64,000 nucleotides of DNA from Candidatus Eiseniibacteriota bacterium (GTDB lineage: Bacteria; Eisenbacteria; RBG-16-71-46; JABDJR01): positions 32,001 to 96,000 of the forward strand of contig CAWANH010000017.1 of assembly GCA_963783375.1 (NCBI GenBank), written 5' to 3'. Below the pieces are notes generated by a model. It ran no database searches. It was not told the DNA's origin and saw only the letters and a program-made list of their open reading frames with translations. This document shows positions 38,423 to 48,616 of the stretch, piece after piece. The position numbers were made by a program, and so were the translations under genes. Each line of letters opens with the position of its first letter. The stretch's first letter is position 1.

Positions 38423-39802
38423 TTGGGAACCACCGAGAGCCAGGTCAGGGAATACGCCGGGGGCGGCGGCATGCGCGTGCCTCCCCAGGCCCTCGAGGCC
38501 GAACGTTCGATCCTCGGCGCCATGCTCCTCGACGGGCGGGCCATCGGCCGGGTCCTGGAAGTCCTGGACGAAGCCGCCTTCTACCGTCCCGCCCACCGCC
38601 GCATCTTCAACGCCCTGGTGAACCTCTGGCAGCGCAAAGAGAACGCGGTGGACGCCATCACCCTGAGCGACGAGCTCCGCCGGAACGGCGACTTCGAGGG
38701 GGTGGGCGGCGCCACCTACATTGCCGGCCTTCTCGACGCCGTGGCCACCTCGGCCAACGTCGAATACCACGCCCAGATCGTGAAGGAAAAGTCGATCCTC
38801 CGGCAGATGATCGAGATCGCCACCGAGATCGCCGCCGAGGCCTACGACGGCCGCGACAACCCCGCCGATCTTCTCGACCGCGCCGAACGGGCCATGTTCG
38901 CCATCTCCGACGCCCGGGTGCGGAAGGGCTTCGTGCGGGTTCGCGACCTCATCAACCCCACGATCAAGAAGGTGGAGAAACTCTACGAGGAGAAGAAGAC
39001 GGTCACCGGGGTCGAGTCGGGATTCCTCGATCTCGATCACATGACCAGTGGGTTCCAGGACGGGGACCTGGTGGTGATCGCGGGGCGGCCGTCGATGGGA
39101 AAGACCTCCCTCGCCCTCAACATCGCGGCCAACGTGGCCCTCCGGAGCCGCCGCGGGGTGGGCATCTTCAGCCTGGAAATGAGCATGGAGCAGCTCCTGA
39201 TGCGGCTCCTCTGCGCCGAGGCCCGGGTGAGCTCTCATCGGCTCCGGACCGGATACCTGCGCGACAAGGAATGGCCGCTCCTCATCACCGCGGCGGGGGA
39301 ACTGGCCGAGGCCCCGATCTACATCGACGACAGCGCGGGGATGGGGGTCCTGGAGATGCGGGCCAAGGCCCGCCGGCTCAAGGCCGAGTGCGACCTGGGC
39401 CTCATCGTGGTGGATTACCTCCAGCTCATGACCGGCTCCGCCCGCCAGGAGAGCCGTCAGCAGGAGATCAGCGAGATCTCGCGGGGGCTGAAGGCCCTGG
39501 CCAAGGAACTCAAGACCCCGGTGATGGCGCTTTCCCAGCTCTCCCGCGCGGTCGAGGCCCGCTCCGACCACCGGCCCATGCTGAGCGATCTTCGCGAGTC
39601 GGGAGCGATCGAGCAGGACGCCGACGTGGTGGGCTTCGTCTACCGCGAGGAACACTACAAGCGCACCGACGAGAACGAGGGTCTGGGTGAGCTCATCATC
39701 GGCAAACAACGAAACGGCCCGGTGGGGGTGGTGAACGTCGCGTTCATCTCCGAGTACACCCGCTTCGAGAACCTCACCCGCCACGACGAACCGCCGATCT
39801 AG
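38423..39802 (+). CDS. dnaB: Replicative DNA helicase
   Basis: PPQALEAERSILG, AGRPSMGKT, FSLEMS, VDYLQLM, LSQLSR, LSDLRESGAIEQDAD, KQRNGP; TTG start with RBS GGGGAG. Confidence 0.97.
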   Translation: MGTTESQVREYAGGGGMRVPPQALEAERSILGAMLLDGRAIGRVLEVLDEAAFYRPAHRRIFNALVNLWQRKENAVDAITLSDELRRNGDFEGVGGATYIAGLLDAVATSANVEYHAQIVKEKSILRQMIEIATEIAAEAYDGRDNPADLLDRAERAMFAISDARVRKGFVRVRDLINPTIKKVEKLYEEKKTVTGVESGFLDLDHMTSGFQDGDLVVIAGRPSMGKTSLALNIAANVALRSRRGVGIFSLEMSMEQLLMRLLCAEARVSSHRLRTGYLRDKEWPLLITAAGELAEAPIYIDDSAGMGVLEMRAKARRLKAECDLGLIVVDYLQLMTGSARQESRQQEISEISRGLKALAKELKTPVMALSQLSRAVEARSDHRPMLSDLRESGAIEQDADVVGFVYREEHYKRTDENEGLGELIIGKQRNGPVGVVNVAFISEYTRFENLTRHDEPPI

Positions 39803-39911
39803 CTCCGCGGGCGGGGCTCCGCCTCATCGCCGGGGGTTCGGGATCGGGACCCGGCAGCCTCCCGGCCGCCGGCCGAACCCCCTCATCTGGGCGGCTCGTC
39901 GCCCCCCAAGG

Positions 39912-40607
39912 TCACATCTTCTCCTTGATCCCGACGCGGATCAGCCACCAGTTGACCGGGTAGGCGGTGAGGAAGCCGAAGAGCATCGCCACCTGCATCA
40001 TGAACCAGAAGACGGGGTCGCCCTTGGAGAGTTCGCGGCCGAAGAGGGTGAACACCGCGATCGCCATCCACCCGTACATCCCGATCTGCCACGAGACGAG
40101 GGAGAGGGTGTCCGCCTTGATCGCCTCGATCAGGCCCCGGCCCGGAGACAATCCCCGCATGGGCTGGATGGTGAAGTACTGGAAAGCGATCCCGAAGAGA
40201 TAGGCGGCGACGAAATCGACCAGCCAGCTGCCGAAGATCGCGTGCCCGAACAGGGTGACCGGCGAGAGCACCACCAGCCATTCGGCCACGATGTCGCCGC
40301 AGGTGCATCCGGCCCCGCAGTGGGTGGTCCCCTCGGCCGCGATTTGCCAGAAGGGCTTGTCCCGGCCGGGCGGCGCCTCGCCCCGGTTCTCCCCCGCCCG
40401 CGCCTCCGGGACCGTCGAGCGCCGCCCCAGCCGGTAATAGGCGAAGAGCCCCAGCGGCCCGGCGTAGAGGGCGGTGACCGGCCACACCACGTTCATGATC
40501 CACATGCGTTGCCGGCGGCCGGCCAGGATGTCGACGGCGATGGCGAGGGCGGAGACGCCGGCCGCGGCCAGGGAGATGACGGACAAGACGGTGAGCCACG
40601 CGGGCAC
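39912..40607 (-). CDS. DUF4396 family membrane protein
   Basis: MWIMNVVWPVTALY, THCGAGCTCGD, FQYFTI, FWFMMQVAM..AYPVNWWLIRVGIKEKM. Confidence 0.85.
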   Translation of the reverse strand: MPAWLTVLSVISLAAAGVSALAIAVDILAGRRQRMWIMNVVWPVTALYAGPLGLFAYYRLGRRSTVPEARAGENRGEAPPGRDKPFWQIAAEGTTHCGAGCTCGDIVAEWLVVLSPVTLFGHAIFGSWLVDFVAAYLFGIAFQYFTIQPMRGLSPGRGLIEAIKADTLSLVSWQIGMYGWMAIAVFTLFGRELSKGDPVFWFMMQVAMLFGFLTAYPVNWWLIRVGIKEKM

Positions 40608-40782
40608 GGCGCCCCCTCGGATGAATCGGCGACGCCGCCGATGAGCGGCCGGGCGTCGCGGGTGAACCGGGGTGCCCGAGCGGACCCCGAACCCCCATCC
40701 TGACACAGGCCCGCCCCGGAGGACACCATGGCCCTCCTTCCTCTCGAACGACTATGATCCCATCCCACACCCCGGAGGATTC

Positions 40783-42297
40783 ATGACCCACGACACCGAC
40801 CCGCTCCGCGGCCGCCGCGCCCCCCTGGAAATGACCGGGGACGAGTTCCGCCGGCTCGGCCGGCAGGCCGTGGAGCTGATCGCCGGCTTTCTCGACTCGC
40901 TCCCCGAACGGGCCGTCACCTCGGGGGAGATGCCGAGCCGGATCAAGGCGGCCCTCGGCGACGACCCGATCCCCGAATACGGCGCCCCGCCGGAGCGCCT
41001 TCTGGACGAGCTCGGCCCGCTCCTCCTGGACCACTCCCTCTTCAACGGCCACCCGCGGTTCCTGGGCTACATCACCTCGTCGGCGGCGCCGATCGGCGCC
41101 CTGGCCGATCTCATCGCCGCCGGGCTCAACCCCAACCTGGGCGGTTGGCCGCTCTCTCCCATGGCCACCGAGATCGAGGCGCAGACCGTGCGCTGGATGG
41201 CGGAGCTCATGGGCTTTCCCGCCGACAGCGGGGGGATCCTGGTGAGCGGAGGAAACATGGCCAACTTCGTGGGTTTCCTCGCCGCCCGCCGGGCCAAGGC
41301 CCCCTGGGAGATCCGGGAACGCGGGCTCGCGGGCGGGCCCCCGCTCACCGTCTACGCCTCCGAGGGGACCCACACCTGGATCCAGAAGGCCGCGGATCTC
41401 TTCGGGCTCGGCACCGACGCCATCCGCTGGATCCCCACCGACACTCGCGCCCGGATGGACGTGAGCCTCCTGGAACCCCGGATCGTCGCCGACCGGGCGG
41501 CGGGAAGCCTACCCTTCATGGCGGTGGGGACCGCGGGGTCGGTGGGGGTGGGGGCCATCGACGAGCTTCCCAGGATCGCGGAGGTCTGCCGGAAGCACGA
41601 TCTCTGGTTCCACGTGGACGGCGCCTACGGGGCGCCGGCGGCCGCGCTTCCCGAGGCGCCGGCGGATCTCAAGGCCCTCTGCGAGGCTGACTCGGTGGCC
41701 GTCGATCCCCACAAGTGGCTCTACAGCCCGCTGGAAGCGGGTTGCACCCTGGTGCGCCGCCCCGGGGACCTGATCGACGCCTTCAGCTTCCATCCCGAGT
41801 ACTACCACCTGGAGAACCCCTCCGGGGAAACCATGCTGAACTACCACGAGCTCGGGATGCAGAACTCCCGGGGCTTCCGGGCGCTCAAGGTCTGGTTGGC
41901 CCTCCGCCAGGTGGGGCGGGAGGGGTACGTGCGCATGATCCGGGACGACATCGCTTTGGCCGCCGCGCTCTTCGACCGGGTCGGCGCCGAACCGGAGCTG
42001 GAGGCGGTCACCCTGAACCTGAGCATCGCCACCTTCCGCTTCGTTCCCGCCGGTCTCGATCCCGGCGCCCCGGGGGCCGCCGCCTATCTGAACGCGCTCA
42101 ACGAGGAACTCGTGGAGCGGCTCCAGTACGGCGGGGAGGTCTTCGTATCCAACGCGGTGCTCGAGGAAAACTACCTGCTGCGTGCCTGCGTGGTGAACTT
42201 CCGCACCGCCCTGGAGGACGTGGAGGCCATTCCAGGCATCGTGATCCGGGTCGGACGGGACGTGGACCGTGAAAAGCGGCCGCCGGAGCTGGCCTAG
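40783..42297 (+). CDS. PLP-dependent group II decarboxylase (aromatic-L-amino-acid decarboxylase-like)
   Basis: HPRFLGYI, SGGNMAN, WFHVDGAYG, DSVAVDPHKWL (PLP Lys), SRGFRALKVW. Confidence 0.9.
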   Translation: MTHDTDPLRGRRAPLEMTGDEFRRLGRQAVELIAGFLDSLPERAVTSGEMPSRIKAALGDDPIPEYGAPPERLLDELGPLLLDHSLFNGHPRFLGYITSSAAPIGALADLIAAGLNPNLGGWPLSPMATEIEAQTVRWMAELMGFPADSGGILVSGGNMANFVGFLAARRAKAPWEIRERGLAGGPPLTVYASEGTHTWIQKAADLFGLGTDAIRWIPTDTRARMDVSLLEPRIVADRAAGSLPFMAVGTAGSVGVGAIDELPRIAEVCRKHDLWFHVDGAYGAPAAALPEAPADLKALCEADSVAVDPHKWLYSPLEAGCTLVRRPGDLIDAFSFHPEYYHLENPSGETMLNYHELGMQNSRGFRALKVWLALRQVGREGYVRMIRDDIALAAALFDRVGAEPELEAVTLNLSIATFRFVPAGLDPGAPGAAAYLNALNEELVERLQYGGEVFVSNAVLEENYLLRACVVNFRTALEDVEAIPGIVIRVGRDVDREKRPPELA

Positions 42298-42356
42298 CCC
42301 GGTTTGTTCCTGATGCCGCGCGGGTCCGGAAGCGTGATGAGGAGCGCGAACCGCTG

Positions 42357-42914
42357 ATGACCGACTTCCCGGACATTCTCACCGAACGTCTTCGCCTCCG
42401 GCGCCTCGAACCGGGGGACGCCGAGACCATGTTCGCCTACCGCTCCGATCCCCGGATCATGGTGTACCAGGGGTGGGAGCCGGCGTCCCGGGAGGAGATC
42501 GCAAGCTACATCGCGTCCCTGGCCGGCGCCGCTCCCGACGTACCCGGTTCCTGGTTCCAGATCGGGATCACCCTTCGGGACGAGGGCGAGCTCATCGGTG
42601 ACGCGGGCATTCACGTTCCGGTTCACGACCGCCGGCAGGCGGAGATCGGGATCACCCTGGTTTCCGAACGCCAGGGCCGGGGCTACGGAACGGAGGCGCT
42701 CCAGGCGGTTCTCGGCTACCTCTTCGGGGAGCTGGGAAAGCACCGGGTATTCGGATCCGTGGATCCCCGGAACGTCCGGTCCATCGCCCTCATGGAGCGG
42801 TTGGGCATGCGGAAGGAGGCGCACCACCGCCTTAGCCTCTGGTTCAAGGGGGAGTGGGTGGACGACGTCATCTATGCCATCCTGGACCGGGAGTGGCACG
42901 ACCGGGTCTCCTAA
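42357..42914 (+). CDS. GNAT acetyltransferase, RimJ/RimL family
   Basis: TERLRLRRL, AEIGITL..QGRGYGTEAL, N.RSIALMERLGMRKEA. Confidence 0.9.
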   Translation: MTDFPDILTERLRLRRLEPGDAETMFAYRSDPRIMVYQGWEPASREEIASYIASLAGAAPDVPGSWFQIGITLRDEGELIGDAGIHVPVHDRRQAEIGITLVSERQGRGYGTEALQAVLGYLFGELGKHRVFGSVDPRNVRSIALMERLGMRKEAHHRLSLWFKGEWVDDVIYAILDREWHDRVS

Positions 42915-43040
42915 CTCGCGCCCGGAGGCGCTTCTAACGGATCGGATTGGCGGGCCGCGCCGGATGGGGTAGCGTTTCGACATGCTCTCCCGCCGGTCAT
43001 TCCGGAACGACCCGACAATAATCGTGAAGCCGGAGGTGAA

Positions 43041-43250
43041 ATGAAGTACGGCGCCCGCAACAAGGTCACGGCCCAGGTCCAGTCAATCAGGAAGGGGGAC
43101 GTGATGTCGCTGGTCAAGTTCGACGTGAGCACCCCCACTCAGATGGCTTCGGTCCTCACGTCCGAGTCGGTGGATCATCTGGAGCTTCACCCCGGAGACA
43201 CGGTGGAACTCATCATCAAGGCGGTCCACGTCCTCCCGGTCAAGGACTGA
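43041..43250 (+). CDS. Molbindin/TOBE domain protein
   Basis: MKYGARNKV..ASVLTSESVDHLEL.PGD.V.LIIKA matches the Mop pattern; RBS GGAGG. Confidence 0.85.
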   Translation: MKYGARNKVTAQVQSIRKGDVMSLVKFDVSTPTQMASVLTSESVDHLELHPGDTVELIIKAVHVLPVKD

Positions 43251-43270
43251 CCGCTCGGAATGAACCGACG

Positions 43271-43564
43271 ATGATCTTCATCGTCCTGAGGTTGGCCTCG
43301 GCGTTCCTTCTCTTCGGGGCGCTGGGTTCGCAGACCGCGGGGTACTACCACGCGATTCGCTGGGTGGTCTTCCTGGTCGCGGCCTTCGGATGCTACCGGA
43401 GCATCCGGGGACGCTTCGTGGTCTGGGCCTGGCTCTTCGGCATCACCGCCTTTGCCCTGAATCCATTCGTCTCTCTGCCTCTCGACCGGGGGATGTGGGG
43501 AGCGGTGTACGCGGGGGCGGGCCTGGTCATGCTGGTCTCGATCCTGGGAACCTGGCGCCGGTGA
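43271..43564 (+). CDS. Small membrane protein (DUF6804-like)
   Basis: GYYHAIRWVVF..ALNPFVSLPLDRGMW; four short hydrophobic segments. Confidence 0.65.
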   Translation: MIFIVLRLASAFLLFGALGSQTAGYYHAIRWVVFLVAAFGCYRSIRGRFVVWAWLFGITAFALNPFVSLPLDRGMWGAVYAGAGLVMLVSILGTWRR

Positions 43565-43601
43565 TCGGAACGGCTCCACCGGCGGGAAAGAGAACGGGAA
43601 C

Positions 43602-44111
43602 ATGGATCCGGCAATCCTCATCCAAACCCTGGACCGTTCCGGCCGGGTGCTCGGCGGGTTCTTCGCCGGGCTCTCCCCGGAGGAGGCCCGGTGGAAGCCC
43701 GCCCCGGGGACGTGGTCGATGCTCGAGGTATTGAACCACCTGATCGACGAGGAGCGGGACGACTTCCGGAAGCGGATCGATCTCACCCTCCGCGACCCGT
43801 CCGAGCCGTGGCCTCCCATCGATCCCGAGGGCTGGGCCCGGGACCGGAGCTACAACACCCGCGACATCGAGGCCTCGGCCATCGCCTTCCGCGAGGAGCG
43901 GGCGGCCTCGGTGGACTGGCTTCTCGCCCTGGAGCAACCGGCGTGGTCGAACGAGCATCGCCACCCCAAGCTGGGCGGGCTCCGGGCCGGAGACCTCCTG
44001 GCGTCGTGGGCGGCCCACGACGTTCTCCACACCCGCCAGCTTGCCAACCTCCGGCTGGAATACCTGCGCCGGCAGACCGATCCCTACTCCATCGACTATG
44101 CCTCGCCCTGA
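43602..44111 (+). CDS. DinB family protein
   Basis: WKPAPGTWSMLEVLNHL..WAAHDVLHTRQ His triad. Confidence 0.88.
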   Translation: MDPAILIQTLDRSGRVLGGFFAGLSPEEARWKPAPGTWSMLEVLNHLIDEERDDFRKRIDLTLRDPSEPWPPIDPEGWARDRSYNTRDIEASAIAFREERAASVDWLLALEQPAWSNEHRHPKLGGLRAGDLLASWAAHDVLHTRQLANLRLEYLRRQTDPYSIDYASP

Positions 44112-44360
44112 GCGGCGGGCCGGGGCTTCGGCCGAATCCCCCCGGCCGTGGGCCGGCTCCGGCCGCCCGCATCGCCCCCCGAGGCCTCGGCCGAGCGATC
44201 TCCCCACGCTCCAACTTCTTGACGATTCCGGGGTTACGGGTTCGGTGGGCTCCCGGTATGCTCCGAGGGGAGAACATTCTGGAATCGCCCGGCCCGGGTG
44301 CCGATCTTTGAGCAGAAGATCAACGCGGAGAACCACTTGGAGGAGGGCGTCGGCCGAAGC

Positions 44361-45167
44361 ATGAGATCCGTGGACTGGACCGCGCCCCTGCGCGCGATCG
44401 GCGAGACCGTGATCGGGATGGTGATGGCCTGGGGTCGCTTCGCGCTTTTCCTCGGCGACCTGGCCCGGGAGCTGGTGCCGGGGCTTCGCTACCAGCGGCT
44501 CATCTTCGCCCAGGCCGGGTTCATCGGGGTCGATTCGATGCCCCTGGTGTTCCTGACCTCCCTCTTCGTGGGCGGCGTGGCGGCGCTCCAGAGCGCCTAC
44601 CAGTTCCAGGGCACCATCCCGCTGGTTTACGTGGGAACGGTGATCTCCAAATCGGTGTTCATCGAGCTGGGGCCGGTCCTTACCGCGCTGGTGGTGGGCG
44701 CCCGGGTGGGCTCCTCCTTCGCCGCGGAGATCGGCACCATGCGGGTGACCGAGCAGATCGACGCGCTGGAGACCCTGGCCATCCGGCCGGTGCGGTTCCT
44801 GGCCGTGCCCCGGTTCCTGGCCGCGCTGGTCATGCTCCCGGCCATCACCGTCTTTGCCGACCTGATCGCCATTCTGGGCGGGATGGCGGTGGCGGTGACC
44901 CGGGTGGGGATCTCGGTCACCACCTTCAACCGGGGGATGAAGCTCCTGTTCGAGGTGAACGACATCTACGGCGGGCTCCTCAAGTCATTCGTGTTCGGCG
45001 CCATCATCGCCATCGAAGGGTGTTTCTACGGGTTCCAGACCACCGGCGGCGCGGAAGGGGTGGGGGTGGCGACCACCAAGGCGGTGGTGGCCAGCTCGGT
45101 GCTCATCCTGGTGGCGGACTACTTCCTGGCCGAGGTCATCTTCAGGATCATCTTCCCCGCGCACTGA
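44361..45167 (+). CDS. mlaE: MlaE lipid ABC transporter permease
   Basis: ELGPVLTALVVGARVGSSFAAEIGTMRVTEQIDALE, GGAEGVG.ATT.AVV. Confidence 0.93.
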   Translation: MRSVDWTAPLRAIGETVIGMVMAWGRFALFLGDLARELVPGLRYQRLIFAQAGFIGVDSMPLVFLTSLFVGGVAALQSAYQFQGTIPLVYVGTVISKSVFIELGPVLTALVVGARVGSSFAAEIGTMRVTEQIDALETLAIRPVRFLAVPRFLAALVMLPAITVFADLIAILGGMAVAVTRVGISVTTFNRGMKLLFEVNDIYGGLLKSFVFGAIIAIEGCFYGFQTTGGAEGVGVATTKAVVASSVLILVADYFLAEVIFRIIFPAH

Positions 45168-45177
45168 CGCCGGGCGG

Positions 45178-46017
45178 GTGACGGAGCAGACGATTGAAAC
45201 CGATTCGAAAGACGGAAAACCGGGCATGATCGAGATCCGGAACCTCCAGAAGCGGTTCGAGAAGCAGGTCGTCCTGGACGGCGTGGACCTCGACATCCGG
45301 GACGGGGAGAGCATCGTGGTGCTCGGCCGTTCGGGCTCGGGGAAGAGCGTGCTCCTGAAGCACATCATCGGGCTCATGGCCCCCGACGGGGGCTCGGTCC
45401 TGGTCGACGGGAAGGACGTGACCAAGCTCGGGTACACCGGGTTGGCCGAGCTCCGCAAGCGGTTCGGCATGCTGTTCCAGATGGCCGCGCTCTTCGATTC
45501 CATGACGGTGGGGGAGAACATCGGGCTCTCGCTCCGCGAACACCGGAAGATGACGAAGGCGGAGATCGCGCGGGTGGTGGCGGAGAAGCTGGATCTGGTC
45601 GGCCTGGAGGGGATCGAGGACAAGAAGCCCGCCGATCTCTCGGGCGGGATGCGAAAGCGGGTGGGGTTGGCGCGCGCCATCGCCATGGACCCCGACTACA
45701 TTCTCTACGACGAGCCCACCACCGGGCTCGATCCGGTCACCGCCCAGCAGATCAACGAGCTCATTCGCGAGCTCCAGCACAAGCTCAGCGTCACCTCCAT
45801 CGTGGTGACCCACGACCTCCACAGCGCCTATTTCGTCGGTGACCGGCTGTGCCTCCTCTTCCAGGGGAAGATCTACTTCGACGGGACCCCGGAGGAGATT
45901 CAGAAGAGCGGCGATCCGGTGGTCCACCAGTTCATCACCGCCAGCGCCGAAGGTCCGCTCACCAGCGAGCCGGAGATCGAGCTCCACTTCGGCCCCGCGG
46001 GATCCAAGCGCTACTAG
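45178..46017 (+). CDS. mlaF: MlaF ABC transporter ATPase (start 45178 or 45226)
   Basis: GRSGSGKS, FQMAALFDSMTV, LSGGMRKRVGLARA, YDEPTTGLDP. Confidence 0.92.
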   Translation: MTEQTIETDSKDGKPGMIEIRNLQKRFEKQVVLDGVDLDIRDGESIVVLGRSGSGKSVLLKHIIGLMAPDGGSVLVDGKDVTKLGYTGLAELRKRFGMLFQMAALFDSMTVGENIGLSLREHRKMTKAEIARVVAEKLDLVGLEGIEDKKPADLSGGMRKRVGLARAIAMDPDYILYDEPTTGLDPVTAQQINELIRELQHKLSVTSIVVTHDLHSAYFVGDRLCLLFQGKIYFDGTPEEIQKSGDPVVHQFITASAEGPLTSEPEIELHFGPAGSKRY

Positions 46018-46026
46018 GAGACGACC

Positions 46027-46932
46027 ATGTCCGAACGGAAACAGCAGATCCAGGTCGGAATCCTATTCATGCTGGCCGTCATCGTGCTCATCGCCGGCGT
46101 GATGTGGTTCAAGGACTTCAAGATCGGGGGCGCCACCTACCAGGTCCGGGTGGATTTCCCCTCCACCAGCGGGTTGGTGAGCGGTGACCCGGTCGAGGTC
46201 CGGGGGGTGACCTCGGGCAAGGTCGCGTCCATCGACTATCACGAGGGCAAGGCGATCGTCACCCTCCAGCTCGACCGGAACGTGATCCTCTACCGGGGAA
46301 CCCGGATCGAGCTCCAGAACGTGGGGATCATGGGGCAGAAGCTGGTGGCGGTCTTTCCCGGTCCCCCCCAGAACCCGCCCCTCTCCCCGGAAACCCTCCT
46401 CCACGGCGAGTACCAACCCGGGATCCCCCAGCTCATGGCCGGGCTCGGCGGGACCCTCGACACCTTCGAGCAGTTCGCGGCGCGGTTGGATTCCCTGTTG
46501 GCCAATTTCGACGAGGCCCAGCAGGGCCAGCTCAGCCGGACCCTGGACAACACCGAGAAGCTCACCCATGAGATGGTGCTGCTCCTCAAGCAGCATCGCG
46601 AGGACCTCTCCACGACCCTGGGCGCCCTGGCTCGCACCACCTCCGAGCTGGATACCGCCCTCGCCGGGCGGGGCCCGGTCCTCGGACGCTTCATCGACAA
46701 CACCGCCCAGGCCAGCACCCGGCTCGACAGCACCCTGATCGTCCTCGACCAGACCGCCCGGCACCTGGACCGGCTGATCAACCACATCGACGCCGGGGAG
46801 GGGACCGCGGGCAAGCTCCTGAGCGACCAGGCCCTCTACGATGAGATGGTCTCCACCCTGGGCAAGGCCCAGGCCCTCATGGAGGACATCCAGAAGAATC
46901 CCCGCCGCTACTTCAAGGTCAGCGTGTTCTGA
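46027..46932 (+). CDS. mlaD: MlaD/MCE family protein
   Basis: N-terminal TM helix; GLVSGDPVEVRGV; helical tail GEGTAGKLL..LY..DIQKNPRRYFK. Confidence 0.9.
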   Translation: MSERKQQIQVGILFMLAVIVLIAGVMWFKDFKIGGATYQVRVDFPSTSGLVSGDPVEVRGVTSGKVASIDYHEGKAIVTLQLDRNVILYRGTRIELQNVGIMGQKLVAVFPGPPQNPPLSPETLLHGEYQPGIPQLMAGLGGTLDTFEQFAARLDSLLANFDEAQQGQLSRTLDNTEKLTHEMVLLLKQHREDLSTTLGALARTTSELDTALAGRGPVLGRFIDNTAQASTRLDSTLIVLDQTARHLDRLINHIDAGEGTAGKLLSDQALYDEMVSTLGKAQALMEDIQKNPRRYFKVSVF

Positions 46933-47098
46933 CCGTGAACGCCGCCGGTCGTGCTTCCCGGCCCGCCCCGCTTCGCCTAGACTGCCATGGAGGAGCCTTG
47001 TCCGGTTCGAGGGGCAGCGCCGCCCATTTCCCCGCCGGCGTACCCGCTCCGGACCCCGGTCGAATCCGTCCGTCCGACCCCGTCGGAAGGGAGCGTTG

Positions 47099-48616
47099 AT
47101 GAAGGTCAAGAGCCGGTTCGTCTGCCGGGCCTGCGGGCACGCGAACCCCAAATGGCTCGGGCGGTGTCCCGAGTGCGGGGAGTGGAATTCCCTCGAGGAG
47201 CAGAGGGTAGAGAGCCGCCCGGGGGGGCTTCGCGCGCCCCGTAAGGCCGCCGGGGGCGGCGCCTCGGCGGTGAAGCGGCTGGGCGAGATCGACACTGAAA
47301 GCCTCCCCCGCTACCGCACCGGACTCGACGAGTTCGACCGGGTCCTGGGCGGCGGGCTGGTCCCCGGGAGCCTGGTTCTGGTGGCCGGGGACCCCGGGGT
47401 GGGGAAATCCACGCTCCTCCTCCAGGCGGCCTCGGCCTACGCCGCCCAGGGGCTTCAGGTCCTCTACGTAAGCGCCGAGGAATCCGAAAGACAGCTTCGC
47501 ATGCGGAGCCGCCGCCTGGGCGACGTGGACGAGCGCATCCAGGTCCTGGCCTCCACCCGCCTGGAGACCGTGGCCCCGGCGGTGGAGGAGGCCCGGGTGG
47601 ATCTCATCATCGTGGATTCGGTCCAGACCCTGCATCACGGGGAGACCGGCGGCGCTCCGGGGAGCGTGGGGCAGGTGCGGGACAACACCCTCTACTTCAT
47701 GGAGCTGGCCAAGCGTACCCAGGTGCCGGTGCTCCTGGTGGGCCACGTGACCAAGGAGGGGACGGTGGCCGGACCCCGGGTGATGGAGCACATGGTGGAC
47801 GCGGTGCTCTACCTGGAGGGCGACCGTTTCCACCACTACCGCATGCTCCGCGCGGCCAAGAACCGGTTCGGCCCCACCCACGAGGTGGGGGTGTTCGAGA
47901 TGCGCGACTCCGGGCTCACCCAGGTAGAGAACCCCTCCGAGTTCCTGCTCGAGGAGCGCCGGGAAGGGATGTCGGGATCGGCGGTGGTGGTGGCCCTGGA
48001 GGGGACCCGCCCCATCCTGCTGGAGGTCCAGGCCCTGGTGTCCGGCTCGGGGTTCAGCGTGCCCCGCCGGGTGGCCACCGGGGTGGACCAGCGCCGGTTG
48101 GCCGTGCTGCTGGCCGTTCTGGAGAAGCGGGCGGGGCTGGACTTCTCCATGAGCGACGTCTTCGTGAAGGTGGCCGGCGGGTTCCGCATCGCCGAGCCCG
48201 CGGTGGATCTCGCCCTGGCGCTGGCGGTAGCCTCGTCCTACCACGACGTGCCCCTGGACGCGCGGACGGTGGTGGTGGGGGAGGTGGGGCTGGGGGGCGA
48301 GGTGCGGCGGGTGGGACAGATCGCGCGCCGGGTCCACGAGGCGGCCAAGCTCGGCTTCAACCACGCGGTGGTGCCGGCCCGGGGGGTGGAAGAAGTGCAG
48401 GAACCGCCCCTGGAACTCACGGGCGTCTCCCGGGTGGACGAGGCATTGGAGAAGACGCTGGGGCTCTCGGAGTCCGGCGGTCGCTCCCCGGAGTCGGGCG
48501 GCGGGCCCGGGCCGCGGGGCGCACCGCGCCGGGGCCTCGGCGACCGCCGGCCGGCCGGATCCGCCGGAGCGAGGGCGGGACGATCCGGCCCGCCCGGTCG
48601 AGGGAGGACCTCATGA
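47099..48616 (+). CDS. radA: DNA repair protein RadA/Sms
   Basis: C4 zinc finger CRACG..WLGRCPECGEWNS, GDPGVGKSTLL, KNRFG, Lon-like GEVGLGGEVR. Confidence 0.97.
   Translation: MKVKSRFVCRACGHANPKWLGRCPECGEWNSLEEQRVESRPGGLRAPRKAAGGGASAVKRLGEIDTESLPRYRTGLDEFDRVLGGGLVPGSLVLVAGDPGVGKSTLLLQAASAYAAQGLQVLYVSAEESERQLRMRSRRLGDVDERIQVLASTRLETVAPAVEEARVDLIIVDSVQTLHHGETGGAPGSVGQVRDNTLYFMELAKRTQVPVLLVGHVTKEGTVAGPRVMEHMVDAVLYLEGDRFHHYRMLRAAKNRFGPTHEVGVFEMRDSGLTQVENPSEFLLEERREGMSGSAVVVALEGTRPILLEVQALVSGSGFSVPRRVATGVDQRRLAVLLAVLEKRAGLDFSMSDVFVKVAGGFRIAEPAVDLALALAVASSYHDVPLDARTVVVGEVGLGGEVRRVGQIARRVHEAAKLGFNHAVVPARGVEEVQEPPLELTGVSRVDEALEKTLGLSESGGRSPESGGGPGPRGAPRRGLGDRRPAGSAGARAGRSGPPGRGRTS

Noticed and set aside
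42905-43040. Integron attC sites among the small cassette-like genes (CCTAAC and TTCTAAC after the GNAT)
   Set aside because: No matching GTTRRRY core at suitable spacing, no repeated attC structure and no integrase
42914-43040. Moco riboswitch or ModE box upstream of the molbindin gene
   Set aside because: Conserved core motifs of either element were not recognisable
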